Source of the DNA: Alphaproteobacteria bacterium
GTDB lineage: Bacteria; Pseudomonadota; Alphaproteobacteria; CAAGCB01; CAG-977
NCBI GenBank assembly: GCA_900768845.1
Contig: CAAGEK010000024.1
Span: 3,001 to 67,000 of the forward strand
DNA length: 64,000 nt
Direction of reading: 5' to 3'
The notes under the pieces were generated by a model. The model did no database searches and was not told where the DNA came from. It saw nothing but the letters and a program-made list of their open reading frames with translations. Below are positions 19,026-27,426 of this stretch, in pieces (position 1 is the first letter of the stretch; the number at the start of each line of letters is the position of its first letter). The position numbers were made by a program, and so were the translations under genes.

Positions 19026-19268
19026 TTCCTTTCCGGAACAATTCTTTTTGTGTCGCGTGTTATTTTTGCGGGATTTTCCAATTCCGGAAAAATCGCTTTT
19101 AAATAACCGGTCGGGCATAATCCGGTTTAAATTCATCGTGCCTGACGGAAAAATGCGTCGGGAATGTCCGTAATTATGACAGGAAGTTGCTAAAAACTTT
19201 CTCGTCAAACAAACGGAACGTTTTATCGAATGTTTCGGAATATCGACGCCGGAAGCAAAAACAGGTCA

Positions 19269-19274
19269 GGGGGG
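19269..19274. repeat. G6 homopolymer about 100 bp upstream of the T1SS operon start
   Basis: CAGGGGGGCAC, in the AT-rich promoter region preceding the hlyB-like gene. Confidence 0.4.
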
Positions 19275-19373
19275 CACAATTTTAAGATTTGCATATAGAA
19301 AATAACATATAGTATATAGAGCATGGTATATAAAAACGGACAAGCAAGTTTGCATCTTTTAAGGCATACCTTT

Positions 19374-21503
19374 ATGACCGAAACATCGGATAGCGGATTA
19401 TTATGTTTGAGCGTGATGGCGCAATTATTTGAGCGCAAGACCAATCCGCAACAATTACGGCATTTGTCAGGCAAGGGATCGGGGTTGTTTGACGAAACGG
19501 ATATTTTGCGCGGCGCAAAAACGCTTGATTTGAAAGCCAAGGCGATTCAAAGCGGGATGGAGCGGTTGGAACAAACGCCTTTGCCGGCGATCGGGTGTGC
19601 ACGCGACGGGACTTTTTTCGTGTTGGCCAAGTATGCGCCCGATAAAGTGCTGATTCACAGGCCGGAAAAAGGACGGCCGGAAATCATCAGTGCGGAGGCG
19701 TTCGCGGCATTATGGTCGGGGCGGTTGATTTTATTCACTTCCCGCCAAAGTTTAAAAAAAATGTGGCGGCGATTTGAAATCGCGTGGTTCATTCCGGCCG
19801 TTTTGAAATACAAAAAACTGTTCGGCGAAGTTTTGCTGTCGTCTTTGTTTTTGCAGATTTTCGCTCTTGTTTCGCCTCTGTTGTTTCAGGTGGTGATTGA
19901 TAAAGTGCTTGTCCATCACAGTTTAAGCACTTTGGACGTGATTTTTTTCACTTTGTTGTGCATGACGGTGTTCGAGTGCGTTTTAAGCACGTTGAGGACA
20001 TATGTTTTCTCTCACACGACGAACAGAATAGACGTCGAACTCGGCGCGCAACTGTTCAAGCATCTGTTGGCTCTTCCTTTGGCGTATTTCGGGGCGAGAC
20101 GTGTCGGCGACACGGTCGCAAGAGTTCGGGAATTGGAAAATATCAGGAATTTTTTGACCGGCTCGGCATTGACTTTGGTCATTGATACGGCGTTTACGGT
20201 TGTGTTTTTTGCCGTGATGCTGATGTATGCGCCTTTTTTGACGCTGATTGTCGCTTTGTCCGTTCCGTTTTATGTCGTTTTGTCGTTGCTGGCGTCCCCC
20301 GTTTTGCATAGAAGAGTGGAGGAAAAGTTCAAATACGGTGCGGAAAACCAAGCTTTTTTAGTAGAGTCCGTTTCGGCGATCGAAACGTTGAAAGCTCTGG
20401 CGGTCGAGCCTCAATCCGTTCGCAAGTGGGAAGAACAGTTGGCTGCTTATGTCGCAAGTTCGTTCAGAGTGTCCAATCTGGCGAACATCTGCCATAACGC
20501 AATCGGCTTTATTCAAAAAACGACGTCGGCTTTAACTTTGTTTTTCGGGGCAAAGCTGGTTATCGAAGGCAAAATGACGGTCGGACAACTGGTGGCGTTC
20601 AATATGCTGGCCGGTCATGTAGCGGCTCCGATTTTGCGGTTGGCTCAATTATGGCAGGATTTTCAGCAAGTCCGCATTTCCATCGACCGGTTGGGCGATA
20701 TTCTGAACACTCCGGCGGAACCGGCGGTCAATTCGGGGCAGGCTCCGGCGGTCGCGCTAAAAGGCGACGTGAAATTCAGCGGCGTTTCCTTTCGCTATGC
20801 TTTGGACAAACCGCAAGTCCTGTCCGACGTGACATTGCACGTCAAAGCGGGGGAAAGCGTCGGCATCGTCGGTTCTTCGGGGTCGGGCAAAAGCACGTTG
20901 ACAAAGCTTGTTCAGCGGCTTTATTTGCCTGAAACGGGGCGGATTACGATTGACGATATTGATATTTCCACGGCCGATCCTTCTTGGCTCAGGCGGCAAA
21001 TCGGCGTTGTTTTGCAGGAAAACACTTTGCTGAACCGTTCGGTGCGCGACAATATCGCTTTGGTCGATCCGGTTCAGCCGCTGGAAAATATCATTCGGGC
21101 GGCGAAAGTGGCGGGAGCGCACGATTTTATCGCCGAAATGCCGGAAGGGTACGATACGATCGTCGGGGAACGCGGAACTTCCCTGTCCGGCGGCCAGCGG
21201 CAGAGAATAGCCATTGCGCGGGCTTTGCTTGTCAATCCTCGCATTTTGATTTTTGACGAAGCGACTTCCGCCCTTGATTATGAATCCGAAGCTTTGATTA
21301 AAAAAAATATGGCGGCAATCGGCAAAAACAGGACGGTTTTCATTATCGCTCACAGGTTGTCCACGGTTCGGACGTGCGACCGGATCATCGTGATTGAAAA
21401 AGGCGAAATCGTCGAAGAAGGAACGCATGACGGCCTTCTTTCCCGCCCGAACGGCCGGTACGCTTATTTGTGGAACTGTCAGATGAACGGAGAAGCCGTA
21501 TGA
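19374..21503 (+). CDS. Type I secretion system ABC transporter (HlyB/RtxB family) with an N-terminal C39-like domain lacking the catalytic Cys
   Basis: About 709 aa from ATG 19374. End-to-end similarity to the HlyB architecture: a C39-like N-domain (DSGLLCLSVMAQLF, with Ser where peptidase C39 has Cys), a 6-TM domain, Walker A (GSSGSGKST), signature LSGGQRQR and Walker B (ILIFDEATS). Confidence 0.9.
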   Translation: MTETSDSGLLCLSVMAQLFERKTNPQQLRHLSGKGSGLFDETDILRGAKTLDLKAKAIQSGMERLEQTPLPAIGCARDGTFFVLAKYAPDKVLIHRPEKGRPEIISAEAFAALWSGRLILFTSRQSLKKMWRRFEIAWFIPAVLKYKKLFGEVLLSSLFLQIFALVSPLLFQVVIDKVLVHHSLSTLDVIFFTLLCMTVFECVLSTLRTYVFSHTTNRIDVELGAQLFKHLLALPLAYFGARRVGDTVARVRELENIRNFLTGSALTLVIDTAFTVVFFAVMLMYAPFLTLIVALSVPFYVVLSLLASPVLHRRVEEKFKYGAENQAFLVESVSAIETLKALAVEPQSVRKWEEQLAAYVASSFRVSNLANICHNAIGFIQKTTSALTLFFGAKLVIEGKMTVGQLVAFNMLAGHVAAPILRLAQLWQDFQQVRISIDRLGDILNTPAEPAVNSGQAPAVALKGDVKFSGVSFRYALDKPQVLSDVTLHVKAGESVGIVGSSGSGKSTLTKLVQRLYLPETGRITIDDIDISTADPSWLRRQIGVVLQENTLLNRSVRDNIALVDPVQPLENIIRAAKVAGAHDFIAEMPEGYDTIVGERGTSLSGGQRQRIAIARALLVNPRILIFDEATSALDYESEALIKKNMAAIGKNRTVFIIAHRLSTVRTCDRIIVIEKGEIVEEGTHDGLLSRPNGRYAYLWNCQMNGEAV

Positions 21504-22822
21504 GTGACAAGCCGTCTTTGGAACAACAGTTTTTGCCGGCGGTTTTGGAAATCACGGAAACGCCGCCGTCGCCTTTGGGACGGGCGACGATGTACGCGAT
21601 TATCGGCGTGTTTTGTTTCGCTTTACTGCTCAGTCTGATTTGTAAAGTCGATATTATTGCGATAGCTTCGGGAAAAATCATTTCAAGCGGGCACAACAAA
21701 CTGATCCAGCCGTTGAAAAGCGGCGTTGTCGCAGATATTTTCGTGCGCGACGGACAGGCTGTCAAAAAAGGCGACCCGTTGGTGCAAATCAAATTCGAAG
21801 ACGCCGAAGTCAACCGCATCCGCTTGGAACGGGAATTGTTGTTTGCGTCAATGGACGTGGCGCGGTTGACGGCTTTGCTGGCGGAGAATCCTTTGAAATC
21901 GTTTGCGCCGCCTTCTTCCGCTTCGGAAGAGCTGAAAAGCAAAAACAGGATTTTGTTAAAAAACGAAACGGATAAAATCAGAACACAGTTGGCCGTCATT
22001 GACGAACAAATCGTTCAGGCCGAAGCCGAAAAGGAAACGGCTCAAGCGTCGATAAAAAAGATTGAACGCCTTCTTCCGAACGTCCGTTTCCGCGTGGATC
22101 AGTACCGCGATATTTATGAAAAGGGCAGTATTGCAAAGTCTTTTTTTCTGGAAAAAGAAAAAGAGTTGATCCAGTACGAGGAAGATTTAAACGTTCAACG
22201 CAATACTTTGGCGGAAATCAAAGCGAAATTGCAGGTTTTGGCCACACAGAAAGAGCAGGAGAAATTGAATTTTAAAAACGACGTCCTTTACCGTTTGCAG
22301 GAAGCGTCCAACAAGGAAAAGTTGTTAAAAGACGAATACGCCAACGCGCAATGGATTGACGGCTTGACAACGATCAAAGCCCCCGAGGACGGTATGATAC
22401 AGGAAATGGAAATCCACACGGTCGGCGGCGTTGTCACTCCGGCGCAAACGTTGATGAAACTTGTTCCGTCCGACAGCGTTCTGGAAATAGAGGCAATGGT
22501 CTTGAACAAGGACGTCGGGTTTGTGGAGGAAGGGCAGGACGTCAGCATCAAGGTCGACAGTTTCCCCTATACGCGATACGGCACGATTGACGGAAAACTG
22601 GTGCATTTGTCACGCGACGCAGTCGAAAACGAACAGCTCGGCTTGATTTATATCGCGAGAATTTCCATGTCGCGGGACACTGTCCGCGTGGAGGATAAAG
22701 ACGTCCGTCTTTCCGCGGGCATGAGCGTTTCCGCGGAAATCAAGACCGGCCGCCGCCGTTTGATTGAAATTATCCTGACGCCGTTTATGGAATATGCATC
22801 TGAAAGCCTAAGGGAAAGATGA
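21500..22822 (+). CDS. Type I secretion periplasmic adaptor (HlyD family membrane fusion protein)
   Basis: 440 aa from an ATG overlapping the ABC stop (ATGA). It has an N-terminal TM helix, a long coiled-coil hairpin and the C-terminal HlyD barrel (LVPSDSVLEIEAMVLNKDVGFVEEGQDV...). Confidence 0.9.
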   Translation: MSDKPSLEQQFLPAVLEITETPPSPLGRATMYAIIGVFCFALLLSLICKVDIIAIASGKIISSGHNKLIQPLKSGVVADIFVRDGQAVKKGDPLVQIKFEDAEVNRIRLERELLFASMDVARLTALLAENPLKSFAPPSSASEELKSKNRILLKNETDKIRTQLAVIDEQIVQAEAEKETAQASIKKIERLLPNVRFRVDQYRDIYEKGSIAKSFFLEKEKELIQYEEDLNVQRNTLAEIKAKLQVLATQKEQEKLNFKNDVLYRLQEASNKEKLLKDEYANAQWIDGLTTIKAPEDGMIQEMEIHTVGGVVTPAQTLMKLVPSDSVLEIEAMVLNKDVGFVEEGQDVSIKVDSFPYTRYGTIDGKLVHLSRDAVENEQLGLIYIARISMSRDTVRVEDKDVRLSAGMSVSAEIKTGRRRLIEIILTPFMEYASESLRER

Positions 22823-23054
22823 GGGGGTGTAGGTATTTTTACAGGAAATGACGGTATTTTTTATAGAAAATGTCTCGTCTGATTACGAAATGAGGCCTTT
22901 GAGTTATAAACTTAATGGTTTTATGAAATTCGCTTGAAATATGGTATTACATTGCATACACTTTTCGTAAGCGTTTCGATATCGAATTATCGTTGACGTT
23001 GTTTTTTGGTTAATTGCCTAGGTGACACTTGGGCATAAGAATTTGGAGGGAAAG

Positions 23055-23588
23055 ATGGCTTTTGAAGGCGTAAAAATGACGGAAGAGGATAAGCGATTGG
23101 TGAACTCATGGCCGGAAGAAGCCAGAAAACTCGGTCGCGATTTTTTGGAGTATCGTCTTTTTCGGGGTGATCTATTAACTTCTCATGCATCACGCATGGC
23201 AGTAGATCGTGAAAGAGGATTTTATTTTATACGGAGCGCAGTTGAAAGCTTGGAGCCAGAGGGGCCCCTTGTTAATCCGACATACTTTTTTTATCTTTGG
23301 TGGAATGGCGGATTTATTGAAATATATGCGAAAAGAGAGAGAAAACGTAGGATTATATTGGAAAATGGAAGAGAAAATTATGAAACGTATTATTTGAGAT
23401 ATGATGCATTTCAGATGTATTTACATCAGGAAAAGACAGATTATACAAAAGAATACTTATTAGGTGTCCTTAAAGAGGCGTTTGAGGCTTATAAGATGTC
23501 TGGGAACAATCCTATATTTGATACTTATGTTGAGACGGTAGTCGTTGATTTTGATAAAGTTAAACTGGAAGGCGATTGGAGTAAGTAA
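23055..23588 (+). CDS. Hypothetical protein (AT-rich insert)
   Basis: 177 aa from ATG 23055 with a GGAGGG ribosome-binding site. No recognisable motifs. Low GC. Confidence 0.4.
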   Translation: MAFEGVKMTEEDKRLVNSWPEEARKLGRDFLEYRLFRGDLLTSHASRMAVDRERGFYFIRSAVESLEPEGPLVNPTYFFYLWWNGGFIEIYAKRERKRRIILENGRENYETYYLRYDAFQMYLHQEKTDYTKEYLLGVLKEAFEAYKMSGNNPIFDTYVETVVVDFDKVKLEGDWSK

Positions 23589-23589
23589 T

Positions 23590-23760
23590 ATGACGGATTG
23601 GATTGACAGCATTGAGTGGAATACCCTTGATGATAATGCGATTGTTCGAAAATTAATTGATAATAAGGAGAAAGTAGGTGAGGCGGAAATCCATAGAATT
23701 TTAGATAAACTGTCTGTTGATGTAAATAAATTTGATGCAGTTTATGAAATATATTCCTGA
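23590..23760 (+). CDS. Small hypothetical protein (AT-rich insert)
   Basis: 56 aa (MTDWIDSIEWNTLDD...). Its ATG lies 2 nt after the preceding stop, with a GGAG ribosome-binding site. Low GC. Confidence 0.3.
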   Translation: MTDWIDSIEWNTLDDNAIVRKLIDNKEKVGEAEIHRILDKLSVDVNKFDAVYEIYS

Positions 23761-23867
23761 AAGTCTAATAAAAATATAATACAGTCATTAATTATAATCT
23801 CTTTCTTGTATTGATATGTTTTGTGTGATACGCTGACATAATCAGTATTTACTGAAAGGTATTTTAC

Positions 23868-25148
23868 ATGGTACGTCCGTTCAACACAAGAAAGATTATG
23901 ACAAGTTTATTTTTGTTTCTGGGTGTAATTGCGTCTTGTTCTATGGCAAAGAATGAAAACGTCATGCACCCCGCCGGAAAAGAAAAGGCTGAAAACGTCG
24001 TGCAATCCGCCGGAAAAGAACCGGAAATAAGACCGAGTGATTATTCAAAAACAAAAAAGGAATACGCCGCCTCTTCAGTTCATCCGTTACCGCCATATCC
24101 GACCGAAGAACAACAGAATGAAGTTGTTTTTGACGAAATGAGATATGATGGTATGCGAGAAGCTTTTGAAATAATAAATAACAAATCATATAAAAAAATG
24201 CCTTCGTATGATTGTAATAAAGCGAAAACAGAAGTTGAAAAACTGATTTGTTCGAATGAAACGTTATCCGAATTAGATGCAAAAATGGCTTTATTGCATG
24301 AATATATGCAAGATTTGTATGATTTGGAGCTGACGCCATCCAGAGGGCATTTAGAATGGTTGAAGGCACGCAATAATTTCGAATGTAAGCCAAAAATAGA
24401 AAATAAAACGGACTGCCTTATATCTTTGTATGAGTTAAAAATAAGCAGTCAGTTAGCCGTTATTTTTATGCAACAGTTATATGCTGAAGATAGCATCAGG
24501 AATCGGGAAAATCAAAAAAATAAAAAGTTAAACAGATATTGGTTTGATTTGTTTTTAAGCCAAGGTTTTTCTGTCAATTTCAGGGGGGATTTTTTAGGAA
24601 GTCAGGTTGATTATTTGGGAGGTAGCTGCCCTGTGTTTGTAAGGATGAGGGGAATTTATCATCCTGATTATTTTACGTATGCCCTTGATCATGGCGCGGA
24701 TGTTAATTTGCAAAATAGATACTGTCCGCCGGTTCTATTTTATGCAAGCAGAGATGCAGATGTTGATAAGATTTTAGAAATGGGGGCGGATGTTAATGCA
24801 GTTTCAGGAAGCGGAGAGCCTTTGTTGGTTCATCGTACGGATCTTGCAGAAAAGATATTGCCATTAGGGGCTGATCCGAACAAGGCTAATGAATATGATG
24901 GAGAAACGCCTTTGATGAGGGGGGCGTATTGGATCAAAGCGAATTATTTGCCGGCGTACATTAAGTTGTTGGTCCGATACGGCGCAGATATAACAGCCAA
25001 AAACAAGGAAGGAAAAACCGCATATGACGTTTTGGTCGAAACGTATGACAATCCCAAAGTTTATGAAGATAGAAGACAAGAACTAAAGTTAACGGATGAC
25101 GAAATGAATAAATACTTAGATGAAGCAAAAAAATTATTAAGAAATTAA
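23868..25148 (+). CDS. Lipoprotein with a DUF1311 (LprI/lysozyme-inhibitor-like) domain and C-terminal ankyrin repeats
   Basis: Lipobox LGVIASC. The DUF1311-like cysteine pattern YDCNKAKTEVEKLICSNETLSELDAKMALLHEY...LEWLKARNNFEC. At least three ankyrin repeats (GADVNLQN..., GADVNAVSGSGEPLLVH..., GADITAKNKEGKTAYD). Confidence 0.7.
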   Translation: MVRPFNTRKIMTSLFLFLGVIASCSMAKNENVMHPAGKEKAENVVQSAGKEPEIRPSDYSKTKKEYAASSVHPLPPYPTEEQQNEVVFDEMRYDGMREAFEIINNKSYKKMPSYDCNKAKTEVEKLICSNETLSELDAKMALLHEYMQDLYDLELTPSRGHLEWLKARNNFECKPKIENKTDCLISLYELKISSQLAVIFMQQLYAEDSIRNRENQKNKKLNRYWFDLFLSQGFSVNFRGDFLGSQVDYLGGSCPVFVRMRGIYHPDYFTYALDHGADVNLQNRYCPPVLFYASRDADVDKILEMGADVNAVSGSGEPLLVHRTDLAEKILPLGADPNKANEYDGETPLMRGAYWIKANYLPAYIKLLVRYGADITAKNKEGKTAYDVLVETYDNPKVYEDRRQELKLTDDEMNKYLDEAKKLLRN

Positions 25149-25202
25149 AAAGAACAGGTCAATCCCGAACGGTATGCTCGGGATTGTCCCGAAACGGCGA
25201 TT

Positions 25203-26195
25203 TCACGGCTTTTTCCTTTTGTGTCCGCCGTATCCTTCACCGATGGTGCGCCCGATGGCCGGAATTTTTTCGCCGATGCCGCCAAAACAATGGAACGGTG
25301 TGCCGCTTGATCCGGCTTTATTCGGGTAAAGCTCGTAAAACTTACGATATTCGTCTTCCGTCACGTTCGGCATCACGACGTTTGCGCCGCTTTGCAAAGC
25401 AATGATGCGTCCGTCGGGATGCAGGCTTTCCATTGCTGTCGTGGCGGGAATGTTGATGTCCGGCAATAACAGGCGCATAATCGCCATCGTGCGCAAAGCC
25501 AAATGCAACGTTCCGCCCGCTTCTTTTCCCAGAGGCGTATCCGGATGGGGGATGAAAGGCCCTATGCCGGCCATATCGACTTCCAGATCTTTCAAAAACA
25601 GCAAATCGTCGGCGATTGAATCAAGCGATTGCCCCGGCAATCCGACCATGATGCCCGATCCGAGTTCAAACCCCAGTTCTTTAATCATCAACAGACATTC
25701 GTAACGCTTGTCCCAGCTCATTTCCGGATCAAGGCGATGATATAAGTCTTTGTCCGTCGTTTCAATGCGCATCAAATAACGGTCGGCGCCGGCTTCCCGA
25801 AAAGTTTTGTAGTCTTCATAACTGCGTTCGCCAATGCTGAGCGTGACGGCGACATCGAATTTTTTGATTTTTTCGATGATGCCCGCCATCTTTGAAGCAC
25901 TGAAGAACAGGTCTTCGCCCGATTGCAAAACAACGGTCTTAAAGCCCGTGACAGCCGCTTTCCTCGCCGTTTCAACCACTTCTTCGGGGCTCATGCGATA
26001 GCGCACGGCTTTTGTGTTTCCCCGCCGGATGCCGCAGTACAGACAGTTGTTCCGGCATATGTTTGAAAATTCTATCAATCCGCGCAAATGAACGGCGTCT
26101 CCGACATTCCGTTTCCGGACTTCGTCGGCGCGATGCAAAAGGGCTTTTTCGTTTTTTTCGTCTGACAACAGACGGATGACATCCCGTTTTTCCAT
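25203..26195 (-). CDS. Radical SAM enzyme of the HydE/PylB/BioB-like family (resembling [FeFe]-hydrogenase maturase HydE more than true BioB)
   Basis: 330 aa. A CxxxCxxC cluster (ICRNNCLYCGIRRGN), a GGE-type SAM motif (VVLQSGED) and the ADRYLMRIETTD and MVGLPGQS blocks. It lacks the BioB CPEDCKYC/YNHNLDT signatures. The start overlaps the mnmA stop. Confidence 0.7.
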   Translation of the reverse strand: MEKRDVIRLLSDEKNEKALLHRADEVRKRNVGDAVHLRGLIEFSNICRNNCLYCGIRRGNTKAVRYRMSPEEVVETARKAAVTGFKTVVLQSGEDLFFSASKMAGIIEKIKKFDVAVTLSIGERSYEDYKTFREAGADRYLMRIETTDKDLYHRLDPEMSWDKRYECLLMIKELGFELGSGIMVGLPGQSLDSIADDLLFLKDLEVDMAGIGPFIPHPDTPLGKEAGGTLHLALRTMAIMRLLLPDINIPATTAMESLHPDGRIIALQSGANVVMPNVTEDEYRKFYELYPNKAGSSGTPFHCFGGIGEKIPAIGRTIGEGYGGHKRKKP

Positions 26196-26196
26196 A

Positions 26197-27279
26197 TTAT
26201 TGTCCGTTCCGTTCTATGATTCCGCCTCCGAGGACGAATCCCTCTTCATCGTAAAAAACGACGGATTGTCCGGTCGCCGACGCTTTTTGCCTTTCTTGGA
26301 AAACGACTTCGACCGATCCGCCGGCTCGGGGGACGATTTCTGCAGGAACAGGTTTTTGAGAGGAGCGCACTTTGCAAAAAGCGCGGACGGGGCGTTCCAA
26401 ACCGGACACGGACACCCAATTCACGTTTCCCGCAGTCAGGCTTTCCCTGTAGCGTTCTTCGTCAAATCCCAAAACGACTTCATTCGTTTCGGGGCGTATT
26501 TCCATGACGTACAACGGGCGTTCGGCACTGATGCCCAATCCTTTGCGCTGACCCGTCGTGTAGTTCCAAATCCCTTTGTGGCGGCCGAGGATTCTGCCGT
26601 CGGCGTCTACGAAATTTCCGGTTTGCGGTTCCGTTTGCAAAATATCGTTTATGTCGCCCGAATAAAAATCCTGACTGTCGGGTTTGTCGCTGACTTTCAG
26701 GCCGTATTTGCGCGCCGTTTCGCGAACCTGATCTTTGGTGAAGTTTCCCAAGGGCAGCATGATGCCCGCCAGCCGTTCCTGTTGCAGGCGGTAGAGGAAA
26801 TAGCTTTGGTCTTTGCGTTCGTCGACGGCGCGTTGCAAACGGAAACGTTGCGTCCGCCCGTCAAACGACAGTCGGGCGTAATGGCCGGTGGCGAATTTGT
26901 CGAATTCGATTCCGTCTTTGGCGGCTTTTTCGGGCAGAGCTTTGAATTTTATCGACGCATTGCACATGACGCAGGGGTTCGGCGTCCGGCCGGACAGGTA
27001 TTCGCGCTTGAAATTTTCCAAAACAAGCCGTCTGTATTCTTCGGTGCAGTCGATGACACGGTAAGGGATGCCGAGCGTTTCGCACAACGCCCGCGCTTCT
27101 TGCGTGTCCTGTTCTTCGTGCGGGGAAAAGCAACCGTTTTTTTGTGCCGGAAGGTTATGGTGGCTTTCTTTGTTCCAAATCGACATCGTTGCGCCGACGA
27201 CTTCGTGACCGGCCTCCTTTAACAGACACGCCGCGACGGAGGAATCGACGCCTCCGCTTAATCCGACCAATATTTTCAT
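26197..27279 (-). CDS. mnmA: tRNA-specific 2-thiouridylase (tRNA 5-methylaminomethyl-2-thiouridine synthase)
   Basis: 360 aa with the N-terminal PP-loop MKILVGLSGGVDSSVAA and conserved MnmA catalytic Cys regions. Confidence 0.9.
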   Translation of the reverse strand: MKILVGLSGGVDSSVAACLLKEAGHEVVGATMSIWNKESHHNLPAQKNGCFSPHEEQDTQEARALCETLGIPYRVIDCTEEYRRLVLENFKREYLSGRTPNPCVMCNASIKFKALPEKAAKDGIEFDKFATGHYARLSFDGRTQRFRLQRAVDERKDQSYFLYRLQQERLAGIMLPLGNFTKDQVRETARKYGLKVSDKPDSQDFYSGDINDILQTEPQTGNFVDADGRILGRHKGIWNYTTGQRKGLGISAERPLYVMEIRPETNEVVLGFDEERYRESLTAGNVNWVSVSGLERPVRAFCKVRSSQKPVPAEIVPRAGGSVEVVFQERQKASATGQSVVFYDEEGFVLGGGIIERNGQ

Positions 27280-27426
27280 CCGTATCTCCAGAATAAAAAT
27301 TTCCCCGACGGCGGAAGTATAGGGCGGAAAATCCGTTTTATCAACAAAAGCGGCGGTTTTTCCGCTCGGGAAGACTGTTCAATCGGGGATGCGGCGGTTA
27401 TAGTACGGTAAAACCGCCCGCAATTT

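Noticed and set aside
25203-26195. Annotating the radical SAM gene as biotin synthase bioB
   Set aside because: It lacks the BioB-specific CPEDCKYC and YNHNLDT motifs. The Cys triad and other blocks fit the HydE/PylB branch better.
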